DNA from: Lingula anatina
Taxonomy: Eukaryota > Animalia > Brachiopoda
Assembly: GCA_051362555.1 (NCBI GenBank)
Contig: CM120642.1
Span: forward strand, 15,376,001-15,440,000
Direction of reading: 5' to 3'
Length of the DNA: 64,000 nucleotides
The position numbers and the translations under genes are program-made. How positions within the stretch are numbered: position 1 is the stretch's first letter; each line of letters opens with the position of its first letter. The notes beneath the pieces were generated by a model. The model was not told where the DNA came from and made no database searches. It saw nothing but the letters and a program-made list of their open reading frames with translations. Positions 1 through 15,200 of this stretch are shown here, in pieces.

Positions 1-1330
1 AAGTTTTGATCAGTAAGGAGTTTTATTCAGTTTTGAAAATGTTCAGAAGTGAGATGGCCACCATCATTTTGTTGGATGGATCTTCATTACTGTATATAGG
101 AGATCATAATGGTTATTAGATTGCTTGTAAAGAAAGATTTCACCAAGTAGATGCTTGGGTAACTGAGAATTATTTTTTAATACCATAATGGGCTGAGCAA
201 AAGTTCTTGTGAATACTTGAAATTGCAGGCCAAAATTGAAATTTAGATGTAAATATAGTATGCCACAGTAAATGACCTTTTGCTGACGTAGAAATTGCAA
301 CATTCTGAAATTCATTCATCTTTTCATTGCTATTGTCTTTGTATAGTAGATTGTTTTATATTTTGCTTATACTTGTATATTGTGTGTTCTGTTTCTTGGT
401 GACAGAGCCCTGTGAACACTTACTTCTCGTTTTCTGTGGATTTCTGGGAGTTCATTTTAGCAGAAGTAAATGTTTGCTCTTTATCTGTATTGGTCAAGTT
501 TTAGTCATCATTTGAGAAATTCTTAAGCTTTTGACTATTGCCATCTGTTTGTGTTGCATCTGGCAAGAGATTGCATTAAAATCGGGAAGTGGCTGTGAAT
601 AGAGAAGAGGCCTTGATGATGAGCTGGGAAAACGGCATTGTTACGGAATTGGTGTATACAGATCCAGAGAAACATTTTTATTTCTCATTAGTGTTGTGAG
701 CAGGTTTTATCTTGAACAACAATAAAATGGTTTTATATCAACTGCTGATTTTGTTTTCTTAGGGATAAGGAGACTGGTTGACACATGGTCAAAACGTACC
801 ATTGTTTACTCTTCAATTAAAAAGGGAATTGTGGCAGTATATAAAGCCCAAGTGAAACTGGTGTTGCCATTCTTTCAGTTCATGATGTAAGCAAAACGTC
901 TTGGCCGCATTCTGAATTACTCTGTTCCCAATAGTTCCTACCTGAAGCCTTTAGCAGTAGAGCTGAAAATGAAGCACATCCCCCCATATTTGATCTAAAG
1001 AAACCTATTATTTGATTTCTAGTTATCGACGATTTGGAGGTGGGACATGTATTGGCATTGAGGAAAGTAGCTATATTTCAGGGAAAGTTGGGTTTTCAGT
1101 TATAGAAGTTCTTACCCACATTGCCTAAAAGGAAAAGTGATTTGCAGGGTTCTTTACAAAATTATTTTGTGAGAGGTCATTTTCAAAACTACATATCTAG
1201 TGTTTGTAATGTGGAAAACATTTGTTTAGTTGGTCGAAGTTAATATAGTTTCAAATACTGGAAAGTCCCCTAATGTGCTGATGTGCAAAATGAATTATTT
1301 GTTTTTTAATTGTATTTTTGTTTTAGTAAT
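1..1330 (+). other. Possible 3' UTR of an upstream convergent plus-strand gene
   Basis: T/G-rich plus-strand skew, AATAAA at 721-726, no credible ORF. Inference only. Confidence 0.3.
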
Positions 1331-1365
1331 AACCTTGCATAAGTTATAGTTATTAGAAGAATTCT

Positions 1366-3487
1366 TTTATTCCATCTTAGAACAATGACAGTTCATGAAT
1401 AACAATTACACAGCCAAGAAGACGTAATTTGCTTCTCACATAAGATTTTGAAAATATTGCACTTCTTTAGGGATGAAAGGCATATCAAAACCAATTTTTA
1501 ATATATTTGTTCAATAACCCCCTTCCATCCTTCTTTTAGAACCAATTCCAATTTTTACCTGGGCAATGACATTGAAATATGATTCTACAGATAACTGTTG
1601 TTCAAATTAATTACCAAGATCTATATTTGTAAATAAACCCCCATTCCTTGAGAAATTTTATTTAAATTTGTACATGAAGTGACAGTTAAATCAATAATGG
1701 TGATTACAACATGCATACTGCACAATGTAAAATAACTTCCTAAAGAAGTGCAATATGAAGCTTAAACTGACACGTGAAAGTGAAATTTGACAATTTCGGG
1801 AAGAAAACATTTCTAAACATTTTTGCAACACAGTGTGTTAAGGTGACATAATGGATAGATGGATTAAGACTGAATTCAAGGAATGTAGCTTAGGCTTGTT
1901 TATCACCCTGGTGACCCTTGAAAAATACAAAGTAATACATATTTGTCAAAGGCAGGCAGAGAGGGAGGGACACTATCTCCAAACAAAATGACATATACAA
2001 GAGAAAAAAATATTTACAAATGATATTAATTAGTCAATTTTGTCCCTCTATCCTCATTTTGTTTGTGGGAAAATGTCATTTACAGGGGAGAAGGGCTGAC
2101 AAAAAATGAAAGATAAATTTCTGGATTATACTTGCTCTGAAATCCTCGCTAAAATCTGAAAGTAACTCGCTTCCATGCACCATACATAATGGATGTTCTA
2201 TATTCTCTCTCTCTTTCTCTTACTAATTTACCCCATTTTGAAGTGAAATGGGGCAAATGTTGTCAAAAATGTAATGTTCTACAGTCATTAATCAGGTTAT
2301 TCAAACTGCAGGCAGGTGTTCTGTCCTTCCCTTGTCCTCTTAGCATCTAGTGAATACAATCTTTAACAAAATATTTAAGCAAAATAGAGATCACATTTAT
2401 TTATTATTATATTACATTTAAATTTCCAACGCTAACAGCCGATTGTAACTATATCTGATTCAATATTAGTACAGATAAGCAATCTGCCTTATGTCAAAAA
2501 TAACATGGCAAGATATTTTGCTGCCATTGTATGCAAAGAACACTGATGTCAATGCAAAATATAACATTAATTTACTAGTAACAACAATGAAAATTGTATG
2601 CCAACAAAACCATTGGTGCATTTGAGAAATGCACCATTAGATTTACAATGTATATAATTGATAATTTAAAAGAACATATATTACAACTATAACATTAATC
2701 TTCAAGTCACATACGTTAAACAGACATCTAGATATCATTTACAATAGGAAACAAAAATCCCCTTCCTTCATTGTAACAAAGTTTCTTAATTTCACTTTAT
2801 ATGCACTGTACTTGTGATGCAAGTACACATAACAAAGATGATGCAAAAATATTCAATATATGGAAAACAAAGTTACATTTTATGTATGTTCTGTATAATA
2901 GCTATAAGCAAATAATATAAAATGGTAACAAAAAATCAGATCAATGAAAATAATAACAGTTTAATCAGTAAAGACGATTTCTTGTTGTTTTCAACATTTA
3001 AAAGCATATATAAGTCAAAAAGAGGTAAAACAGATGGCTGAAATGTTTTGTCATAAACAGACTGTTATTTCACTAATCAAGCCCAAGACATGAAAAGTAA
3101 AAAATATGACATAATAATACTTTGGAATTCTGTTTGATTTAGATTTCACGATTTACAACTATGGTCTCAACTATGTGTCAAATCTTGCTACAGTTAACAC
3201 TCTAGGTTACAATTTACAGTATAGCGACATATGACTATCATCTCTTTCGAATGTGTTTGTACTCCAGGCTGCTGAGGTAATGTAAATTTGTGACGTGTAG
3301 TGACACGAAAACAACAGGATGGTATAGACCCATCACTTCAATACATGTATCTCCAGATGCAATTTGTCCACCATTGGGCCAATGACTCGCTCAGCTTGTG
3401 TTATGATATATTACTTGTCATCCAGGTATCTCTCAGTCGAATGAACAGTTCTGTGTTTGGACATGAGGTACCAGTCCAGCAAGAGGT
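1366..3487 (-). other. ATP8A: Probable ATP8A 3' UTR
   Basis: Follows the stop. Minus-strand AATAAA candidates at 2396-2401, 1657-1662 and 1366-1371; base skew switches from T-rich to A-rich near 1380. Confidence 0.45.
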
Positions 3488-4402
3488 TTATGAACCATCA
3501 GGTTTTCGATCAGACGTGTCATACTGTCGGATTACAGTTGACTGGAATACAAGACAAACATGTCAAAATTTTAAAACGGGTTCACAAGCTCAGATATAAA
3601 ATTTGAAAACGACCAATATTGAACAAAATCTGTGAAATGTCTCTTTAATATCTTGGCTTCAGGACAAGAAGCTTGATAATTTAACTTGGTTTTTATCACA
3701 TTTTAACTCAACTAAAAGTATAGAGAGGTCTTCTAGTTATGTTCAAGCCTAAAGACAAATGTTTCTGTGATAATTCCTGGCAGTGATGATACATATTTCA
3801 TTCACACTTATTTTGAATTAATGTGAGATGTGTGTCATATAAAATGTATTGATTGCATGGTTATCCTTCATAATACTGATATTCACAGCTTAACTCTGGG
3901 ACTATAGTTTGTGTGTGTGTGTGTGTGCACGTGCATGTGTGAGAACACACACTTGAAGTATTTCTTCTAGAGTTGAAATCAATATGGTTTCGTAAAAACT
4001 AATGTGAAAACCACTTCAAACATTTACTGCGACCCAGTTTGTTTTAAGTTTTATCTAGATCATCTTTTTAGATCATATTTATTCACTAAAACCTTACATA
4101 TGAAAGACCGTAACAATTTATAAACCTAACTTCTAATACTGACTTGTATTTATGATACATTGTGTCATAAGCACCAGTGTATATTCTAGATAAAGAATTA
4201 TAGCAATTTAAAAGTTGACCATATGCTAACTGATACAGGAATTTTGACTTCATACCCAAGATTCTTGGTTGATGAAAAAGGAAGACTAAGCAAGTAATAA
4301 GGCACTTAAATAGGAGTTGAACTAGATCACTGCTTAATAGAATCAATTCTGGATCTAATTATTCAAGGCAGTTAAAACTCTCTGTGCCCCCCCCCCCCCC
4401 AA

Positions 4403-4441
<39 letters not shown>

Positions 4442-6136
4442 AAATTCTGTGCTGAGATACTCCACTGAGTCTCAGACATAAAAATAAGCTGTGAACTAGT
4501 TAAACTTAGGAAAGGGAAAGTTCTTTCTTTCCTTATATCTTTCTTTCCAACCAAGGTAGAATTTCTTACAATTTACAAATCATATTGTTCATACATATGT
4601 CTTAATGCAGCATAAGCAATAGAACCACATTCTGTGGTACAATTAAGAGCACCGAGATAGAAGCACAACAGGTGAAGAGAAAATTGAAGGTATTTATCAT
4701 GGTGAAACAGGGAGAGGATTTTCTTCTCTGATATGAAAATCTGGTTTCAAAGTAGAGATTTCAGAATCTAAAAAAAAAAAAAAAAAAAAAAAAAACATTA
4801 ATCGCCCAAGATGTTATGAATTTATTCAAGGCAACTGAAATTTAAAAAAAAAATTAATTCAAGCAAGGTGTCTCAGAAGAATAAGGTTCACATCATGTAT
4901 ACATAACTTGGTGTAATCACATTTTTTTTTCGGATATATTGGTTCAGAATTATAAAACATGAGAGTGGACAAAATAAATTAAGGATTTAATCACATCTTT
5001 ATTTCTTCGTAAATTCAATATACTGGTTCTTAAATCACAGGGGGCGAGGTATAAATAAAGAAAACCAGAAGAAATTTTTTCCCCTCCCCCATAGAGGAAA
5101 GATTATCATAGTGCCTCTGAAGCAAAGCTGTACTTGGGGCTATACCTAGGTGACAAAAAACCCATGTGTTCCTACAGAAATTCAGAACAGAACAGGTGAT
5201 AATGAATTAAAATGAATGTGTTAAAAGCATATTAAAGGGTCAAAATAAAAAGAAAATGATTAAAAAGATGACTTAAACTATTCAAAGCAATTGCAGTTTT
5301 TTAAAGCAAATTAATTAACTATTACATGTACTGGTTAAGTTGAGACATTATTAATGCTGTAAAAGGGAAACAAATGCTTCAGTCGTAAACTTGTATCTAA
5401 CTATAAACCTCTTTTTGTTAATTTTGCACACTATAAAAAAAGAAGAAATGATAATTTAATATAACGCCAAGCATTACAAGATTTATTTAGAAAGACATTT
5501 CTTCTGTGAGATCACAGCCTTTCTGCTTTGACACTTACCAATGCCACTGCCCCGCCTTCCTCCTGGGAGAAAGCATAACCGTCTGAAAGATGGATTAAAT
5601 GTCAACATTAGTGAACTGGTTTGTAAGCTTTAGTTTTATGCCAGCGTAATACAAAATATTTACAATACAAAGAGCAGAAAATAAAATAGGCCCCATTCAG
5701 AATAGGTGATCCGAGTACTAACTGATCTGCCCACTAAATATGACTGACCAGGGGCAGATTTAGGGCACCTTCTGGGTCTGGGTTCAAGTTTACATGAATG
5801 GGTATTTTATTTTTCTGTAGGATGACGGTCAAAAATGGAGGATGGATCAACAAAGATAAATTGGAAGACTGTCAGAAAATAACTCCTCTGACCATAGTTA
5901 AAAAGCGATGCCAATAATTCCATGATGGTCTCCCCGCCTCCACATGCGCCGTCCCTGCAGGGGCCTAGCTAGCAATTAAACCTCAGGGCCAAAATGAAAT
6001 CCGTTTAATGGCCCATGTGTAGGCTGGGAGACCATAGGGGCATTGCTTTTGAAGTGGGGTTGACATATTTAGTCAGTGGTACATTTAGTACATGGATAAT
6101 CTATTCTGGATGGGGCCATAGTCCAACATCTTGGGG

Positions 6137-6203
<67 letters not shown>

Positions 6204-9200
6204 CCTCAAGTGCAGCACAGTCACTGGAGGGGGGGGGGGGGGTACCAAGATTATATCAACAAAAGTGAGTGTAAATCTGTAGAAGACAAACACACATTTT
6301 GATTTTTTAAGTTTTCAAATACAATCTACTGTAACTCATTACTCACGATCTCTCTGTTGAGCTTCTGGTGCCTGAATGGTTGCTGTTGATGGTCGTGTGA
6401 ACACATTCCGCAGCAACCGTGCCGTCTCTGTGAGTCTAAACATTATTTCAAAGTTGACATTAGTATAAAATGTAGATCAAAGCTGGACATTTCTCATCAA
6501 AAATACACAATAGACAATAATTTGCATTAGTTGTCAACATAAAAGCTAAATTATCTTACAAATCTTTTTCGGTATTAGATGAAATAAGTATGAACATTGC
6601 CAAATTCAAATCTTAGCATGATTTTACATATCACAAGTAAGTTAAAAAAAAATAAATGCACAAAAGTAAAAAAAAAAAAAGAAAATGAAACAAAAATTCA
6701 AAAAGCATGGTTAGGAACAGCTCAGTAACTAATGAAAGATCATAATAAGCATTTATTTATTTGTTAGTTTTTTTTGCATATTTACATCTTAAATTGTGTA
6801 TAAATTAAGACTCAGTACCTCAGATTTACTATCTATAACAGATCTTCTGCAAGTAAAATGAAAGCACATAAGAAAAAATGCAAACTGCTTAATTTGGCAC
6901 ATAAAAAGTTATTTGAGTTCCCACCCAAAAAATTCCTAAGGAAATAGTAACTATCACAGAAAAGAGACATCACTTTCTTTAAAGTGAACTCAATTTTCAT
7001 GTTAGGGAGGTAGTTTAGCAATGACCTCGATGCCTTTGTGTATTTCCTTTGGAATTGTTTGAATTGTTTGTCAAAATAAACGTATGGTAAAATGACAAAG
7101 AACATGCAACTGGTTACTGTTAATCAATAAAATGGCAATAAATCTATATTTTCAAGTTATTTTGCTTATCAAACTTCAATTTTAACTTTAAAATAAATGA
7201 TCGCTTAAAACTTGTGTCTAGAGCATCACATACTGCAAAAACTTTTTTTGGTAAAAAAAAAAAAAAACACATCGAGTTCCCAACCCATAAGCATGTGTAC
7301 ACTAAATTGATTAACAGCTCACCATTTAACCCATACACCACATAAAATTGATCAGGGTGCATATTGCATGCTCACACTAAAATCAGTGCATACAAATATA
7401 GGAGATGAATTCATCTATAAACCTGTCACAAACAAGTGTTTTCCGATTCACCCATGCAAGTGCATTTTCTTCTGACAAGTGTTATGCCAGCTCTGTTCAA
7501 CCAGTGCACTTTATTCCTTATGACTAGATTTATTCATCCATTGACAAAAATTACTTAAATCTAGCACCCTCCTAATTGTTTATCTCTATGGCATGTGCAA
7601 TTACTGACAGCTGACTCTGTACAGCACTATTAGTACTTTGCCTCTTGGATTTTTTTGTTTCGAGAGAAGTGCGACTGTTTTCTCTTTCTTTCTTTTCCAT
7701 TTTTATAATATTAGACATAAGCCTCCATTTTCATTATCAATGATGATTTTGTGAATAACTCTGTTTCATAGATTTTCATACAAGTGCAAACAGAGTCCCA
7801 TTCATGTTCTAGCAACTTATTCACTAAAAAGCAATGCAATACGATAAGAGCACTAAAAAGCAATGCAATGTGATAAGAGAGAAAAAAAAACTTATCCAGA
7901 CAAAAAATACTACATAATACCCTCAGGTTTGTGGAATTTAAGACAAGTAAAACAACTGTATGAGATACCTGTAGTAAGGGACGGAGAGACAAAAGCTTAA
8001 AACAAATGAAAACAAAACAAAAAAAAAATAATAATAACAATAAACCAAAATCAAAAGATAATCCCAAACTTATTTCATAAAAGTACAATTACCTTTTCTT
8101 AGTTGCTTTAAAAATGACACTGGATAAATCCATTCCTGCAATCTCCCTTTCTTGTACTTCTTCACGCAATGTTTTGAAGACTGTTCTGCGGAAACTTCAG
8201 ATCAAAACAGAAGATTTATATCAGATTCTTTAATTCCATATTCTTTTTAAATGTTTATTACCACCATTGAAAACCATAGTGCCCTAACTACTTAAAATGA
8301 AAAAAAATTAATGTCTCAAATTAATTAGAAATTGGAAAGTGATACAGTGACTGACAAGTGATATGGTTAAGTTCATCTGTGTTGACTACATGTACATGTA
8401 TGTGCTTTCAGGAGTCAGGAGTATAGCAGATGGAGAAACAATCCTAAGAGTTACATTTACAATACGTAGTAACAATACTCAACATCCAACACGGCATTGA
8501 TAAACATATAACAAGTAGCATTGCAACATAATGATTAACCATTTTATAAAGTGGACATTTTCATTATAAACTATTATAGTAACAAACTTTTATTCACATG
8601 AGCATAGACTACACAGGAACAATTCTTAAAACACCACAATTTAATTAAGGTTGTGTGTATATACATTAGTACCTCTCAGTTTCTTAGTTACTGCACATAG
8701 AAAAGATTACACTTGTATGCGGCCTTTATAAAATAAAACAAAGGAAAATAATTGGCCTTTACTCAAAATTTCAATTCTTAGCTCTCTTTATCTCCAATTT
8801 ACAAATTTGCAAGTAGACTTACGCCTTCCATGCCACATCTCTGAGAAGAGACATTGTTGGAACAAGAATCAGTCCCATCCAGAATATCCCACAACCAAGT
8901 ACCATACCGTCCTGAAAATACAAAAATATACATTGTCATTCTGAGTCCTTCATGTACAATGTAAGTTAATTCACATTTGACAAAGCTATCGCTAGTATAG
9001 CAGCCATGTTCTCACTTACTTATATATATTAATTACCTCACTTCAGGTTTTATCTGTTTTTAAGTATCTGTCCATCAATCATCATCATTTTTGCAGTTAA
9101 AAACATTTTTGTACAAATGTCTTTTATGACAAATTCATTACTCTAAAATCATTATGATAATTTAAATGCAAAAAAAAAAAAAATTATAATAATAATAAAA

Positions 9201-9205
9201 TAAAA

Positions 9206-9256
<51 letters not shown>

Positions 9257-12200
9257 AAAAGCCTAACATGAAGCTTTAGGGACTTAAAGTACAAGTCAAG
9301 ATGGCAGCAGGCATTGTAATGATAATATCTGACTACTGAAACTCAGTTGTTCGGTCAAGTTGGATTGATCTATGTAGAACAAGAGTTTCATTGGGTATGT
9401 GCCTTCAACCACTGTACTTACCATCCCCACCATCTCTGGTCCCACATCAATGGCTGGCCACACATGGCTGTAAACTATCAGGAACAGGAACCAGCTTGCT
9501 ATACTGCCCCATATGGCTAGGTGAGATATCTGGAACATAACATTATGTGCTTGTACTAGAGCATCAGGAACAGACAATATTCATGGTTTATTGGACAGAA
9601 AATCTACTGTAGAAATGCAACCATCAATGGCAGCTAGTAAAAATATCCGTAAGTAAATCCAAAACCTCTGTGAAGTGCATACTATCAACCCTCATATTTT
9701 TTTCCATCTTTCAATATTCCCAAGCAGGTTTTGAAAGTAAATGCTTGCAGTTGCTTTACTGGAGATACAGACAACCAAACAACTCATTTTAGTATTTGTA
9801 CCTACACAAGCTTGTGCTTGGCTATCTGGGAGATACATGCAACTGAAACAATATAGCATTTAGTGTTTAAGTGTGTGTTTATATCTTACCCATGTCCATG
9901 CACTGTGCTCCAGACCAGCTTTAATACACACTGTCACTACCACATACTGAAATACAGGGAAGATAAAATGCAGGGAACTGTGTAACAAAAGAACTTTTAA
10001 AGCTCGAAAATTGGTCAAAATTGTCAGACCAAAATTTTCGTATACTCTGACCAAAGTTTAATCAGTAGTACTCCAATGCAGGTAAGACATTACAACTCAC
10101 ATTAGTTTGAACTGAAGATCCAAATTTTGGTCTAATAATTTAGGCCAATTTTCTGGCTGAACTTTTGTTTGTGAAACCAGTCAGATACATGTACCAACAG
10201 AACTTGACACAAATCTATCAAACCACATGTAGCAATATTACATATTATTCTAAACTAAAACAAATCTAAAAATGTGTATTCATCAACTGTGCTCATCAAT
10301 AAAGCTAAAAGGTAATCTATCACTGCATACTAACCTGATATTTCCCAGAAATAAGTAATGTCTTATTTGATCTGTGGGCAGGATCTCAATGTGTGACTCA
10401 TTTCCTAGAAATAAGGGGTTTCTAACTTGACCAATAGACACTTACTATATAGATTACATTTTTAGAAATAACTGCTTTTGCATTTTAGCTGCTGATACTT
10501 ACTGTATATACCATATTTCCTAAAAACAAATAGTTTCCAGTTTGACCTGTGGAGAATGCTATGTCTTGATTTAGTGCTAGCAAGGTCATCCAGAATAAAA
10601 CTATGGAATGGAAAACTGAGTTTGATATCCACATCCAGAATATCTGAAAGAATGAAAAACAAAAAGATTTACAAATGTGAAGTGAAAAATGTATACTCTA
10701 ACAGTCTTTCGCAGACATGCCTTGTCTGCATGTATTTCCAGCTCATGAAGTGAGCTCCCTCTCCTGCTGTAATACTATAATAATACAGTAAAATGTGCTT
10801 AGTTGCACTTACTTGCATTCTATGTTTACATGATAGTTTCCCATTACTTCTAGGCACTATTCAATTGTTAAATGACCCATCAAACAATAGCTATAAACTT
10901 TCTGAATATCATCATGCAAGCAACCTTGTGATTCTGAACTAAGTCATCAGTTTCAGAACAAAGCAAATTATCATTTAAAAGCAATATCTTTCATAATATA
11001 TATAGATAGAAAGTTACCTTGACATTGAATAAATCGGAGTTCTGTGATGTTCTATATAAAGCTGGGAACTCCATCAGACTCTCTGCACTGCAGTACCTGT
11101 CAAAAAGACCTAGCACCACTGGAGGGGCCATTGTGAAGATCTGATTGAAAAAAATTAATAATGAATAATTTAAATGGAGAAACGCTATCATCAAAGCAAT
11201 TTTGATCACATCCTTAACTGTCAGCAAGTTTTTATCAAAAGAGAAAACAAAATTTCGGTGACATTTTAAAACTTTAGTTACAAAGTTTTCATGGGTTTTT
11301 CACCCTTGCCATGCACAGAAAATATAGCATTGAAATGCATGAAGTGTGATAAATTATACCATTTGCAAATCTGAATGAATTTTCCTCACAGAATGATAAA
11401 CTCCATTTAAAAACCTTAATTTATATGTACAATTCTTTTCTTTTATCTCCATTAAAAACTTAAGATGTAACTTCAACACTCACCACATTATAGAGACCTA
11501 TTGTCCACCTTTCAAATAAGATTTGCCCTGAGAAGCCATTCATAAAAGCAAACCAGAACTGAAAAAAAGTAATGGATGAGAAGAACTTTCAAGTCAACTA
11601 CAAACACAGCCTGGTAAGGATGGCTGAATGTCGAATATATCCTAAATATACTTTTCAAGTATTCTGTTTACTCCCCTCAGTATTTTAAACAATGTTTCTA
11701 GAAATGTTATTTTTAACAGCAAACATTATATTCTTAAGCTAATAACTGCTTTTATTATAGCTCATCATCATTCTTTAACAATCCAAAATATTTTGATGTT
11801 CTATACAAAAAGTATAATCCTCTGTTTAATAATTATCACTTGTTTTATATTCATATCATGTCAAATGAATACTTACTTGTATAACATAGAGGGTGACATT
11901 TTTATAAAAAGAGTACAGAATCAGTTTCACAGTTCTTGTATAGCTCCAGGAACCATGCACAAACAATAACTTGTTCAAGAAGCGGAACTGGAAAGAAAAA
12001 AGAAAAATATATTTTTGCATATCATCAAACACAATACTTACTAATGGTTGAAGTTATATCCAAACATGAAACATTAAATCAAATATCTTTGAAATGACCA
12101 CAAAGCGTATTGTTACCATCTGAATTTTCAAATTTTAGCTGCATGTTCTCCTTATATAATACACAATTCTATCTTTGAAATGACTGCAAAGCCTTTTGCT

Positions 12201-15200
12201 ACCATCTCGGTTTTCCAAATTCAGCTGCATGTCTCTTTATAAGAATAAACAATGCTATCTTTTGAAATGACCACAAAACCTTCTGCCAGCATCTCAGTTT
12301 ATGATATTTAGTTGCCCATCTTACATGAAAAAAAATCTTTTTGAAATGACCTCAAAACCTATTGCCATCATTTCTTTTTTTTTCAATGCCTTCTTACAAG
12401 AATAAATTCTACTACCTGACCAATGGCGTAATCCGAGGCACATGTAGCCTGCAAACCCTCCAATCCACAGATACCAACACCAACGTGAGCAGCCTGAAAC
12501 AACAGCATATGGGACAATGTTCTATACCACATACTCCATCCACACTTTTCAGTGCCACTTCCAGCATATTAAGAGAGAGTACTGAATGTCCCTGTATTTT
12601 CATTTTTCTACAATACCATTTCATGTACTATGTAAAAGTTCTTGAGGTATAAACTGATAACATGAAGGTTAATTATTTCCCTTTTCTCACCTGTATCATG
12701 CCAACATCATTAGCACCATCTCCTATGGCCAGGGTTATAGCTTTGACAGCAGACTTTACTAGTTCTACCAATTCTGATTTCTGTAGGGGAGAAACTCTGC
12801 AGGGAAAACATTTTATTATTGAATTACATGAACATGACATTGCTGAATTACAATTTCCATTTTATTAAAATTAATTAAACAAGAATTAAAATATGGTTCA
12901 ACAAAAATTTTCATCATCTTTAATTAATCTTTTAACTCTATTTTAATGCACAATGTACAGGATGTTGAATATCTTCATAAACTACCACAAGTTATGCACT
13001 GTACATTACCTGCAACAAATCACAGCTTTGCATGATTTCGCTATATCCAGAAAGTCTTTCCTACAATCACATGTCAGGGCAAACTTCAATGTACGGCCAT
13101 CTATTATCAGGCCTACTTCATTTTCCTTGCCTAACTGTTCACCAAAGTCCTCAATGTGTTTTCGTAATGTCTCTCTTGTTGACTAAAAAATTGGTTAGAA
13201 TTATGAGGAAATTTCTATTATGCTTTATTTTGCATTATGTAATTTTTACACTTTTTGTTCTAATTAAAATTATTTATTCTTGCAACTAAAAGTTGGATTT
13301 TACGTTTGTTATAATAAAAAATGATAAAAGAAACAAAAATGCGTTATTGCATTTTCCTGATGTGATTCAGTGTTGAATACAGTGTTCAACATTCATACCA
13401 AATAAATAATTAGTAATATGAACCACACCAAATAAACAAGCAAACCGGAGCTATTTTCTCCTTCTTTTTACTTAATGCCAAAATCAATCCACTTTGATAA
13501 ACACGCCAACATGTCAATTTGTTGACTAAATGTTTTCAGATATTTGGCAAGTTCAAAAACACTCATCATGTCTTAGATGCTGTAAGCAACCTACATCTAA
13601 GCTTTCTTCATTGATGATAAGTAGTGGCATTCCCTGAGTTAAAAGCTTGCAAGAGTAGCCTGGAAAAATACCAACAGAAATGCTATCATGCACATATATT
13701 TTTTTGTTAATATTGTATAATTTAAAATGACTTTCAGGGCTGTGTTTTAATACCATGAGTTCTAAGTCTTTTATCCAGCCAAATAGATACATTATTTAGA
13801 GTCCATTATCACGGCTGCTATTTCAATAGAATCAAACATTGGGTAATAATAGGGAAAGCTACTAAATCACTTAAAAAAGACAGCAGCTCAAATCAGTATA
13901 ATAAATACAACTGTTACAGTCAAAATGTTAAGACCATAAATGTGTACAAAGATGGCAACCCTTGATTATTGCTATATATTATTGTGAGTGCTGATTGCAT
14001 GCAAGTTCCTGTGTGAAGGAATGAAATTAACTTGATCCCCTCTAAGGTCATTGCCTGTATATAAAATCATCTTAAAATGTGCAGCCATCTAAACATACAT
14101 AGCTGTTTTATTCAGACTGAGAGGAAGTGTGTCTTGGAAGGTTTTCCATGAACCCTGTGGCCCATAATTTGATACAGCTTTTTGTCTATTCTTATAATTT
14201 ATCAAGTAACTAGATTAAGTAGTTACCAATATTAATGGCTGTCTCTTGCTTGTCTCCTGTTAGCACCCATATTTTGATGTCGGCTTTGGCTAGATTGGCT
14301 ATGCTTTCTGGAACACCCTGCAGGCAACAGAACAATATCAGTGGATTATAAGGCTGTTAGACATTAAGACTGATTACAGCATATTTAAGTGTTTTATATA
14401 GAGATTTATAAGGATGACTGTCTTGAAACTAGAGACACCTATTCAATTATAAAACCAAACTCTCACTACAACACTTAATCAAAATATGAAATTATATAAT
14501 TAATTATTTGGGTAAACTACATGATTTACAATGTACAACAGATGAAACCATTTTAGCAATATTTATGGGTATGAAAAATTAGCATGCAATAAGAAAATTT
14601 CATTTAAATATTCAGATTTTATACATCCAACAAAATGTCATTTTTACCTCCTGCAATTTGTCCTCTATGGCTGTGGCACCTAAAAGTTTGAGATTCTAAA
14701 AAAAAAGTTTGACTTGATCGATAAGTTTTTCAATATTTATCATGTCTAGACGTTGAGACAGCAAATGCAATTGGTACAATAAAGACAGTGCTTTCAAGTG
14801 ATCAAAATAATTGTTTCTTTTTATACATAGTATCTTTCCATTTACGAAATCATTCATTTATAGATTCACCCAATTATTAAACTAGCGTAAACATAACTTA
14901 TCAATATTTTCACATACACGACCATTAAACAAAATACCTTTTCTATAAGTTCAGCAGCTTCTTCCAGCTTTCTTTCTCTATTCTGTAATGAAGTGCTGGC
15001 CTTGTAGTATGTGTGCTTCCACTCATCATAAAACTCAGGCTCTATTTCCGCCTCAGCTAAACACAATGTCCTCAGACCTAAATGGAAAGAATTGAGAAAG
15101 GTTCAAAATTAAATAATATTTTTTTAATGTTTGAAAACCTTCAGATCTCACTTGAAGCAATCAACTCTTCAACTCTAAATAGGCAAAATATTAATTTGGA

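Noticed and set aside
4086-4190. ORF segment GAYDTMYHK resembling the ATP8A terminal RAYDTT motif (alternative last exon?)
   Set aside because: The nearest acceptor gives the wrong phase (NIHWCL*); exon 3488-3541 (VIRQYDTS) fits properly.
7711-8088. 125-aa hydrophobic minus-strand ORF
   Set aside because: Low-complexity T-rich intronic read-through with no homology.
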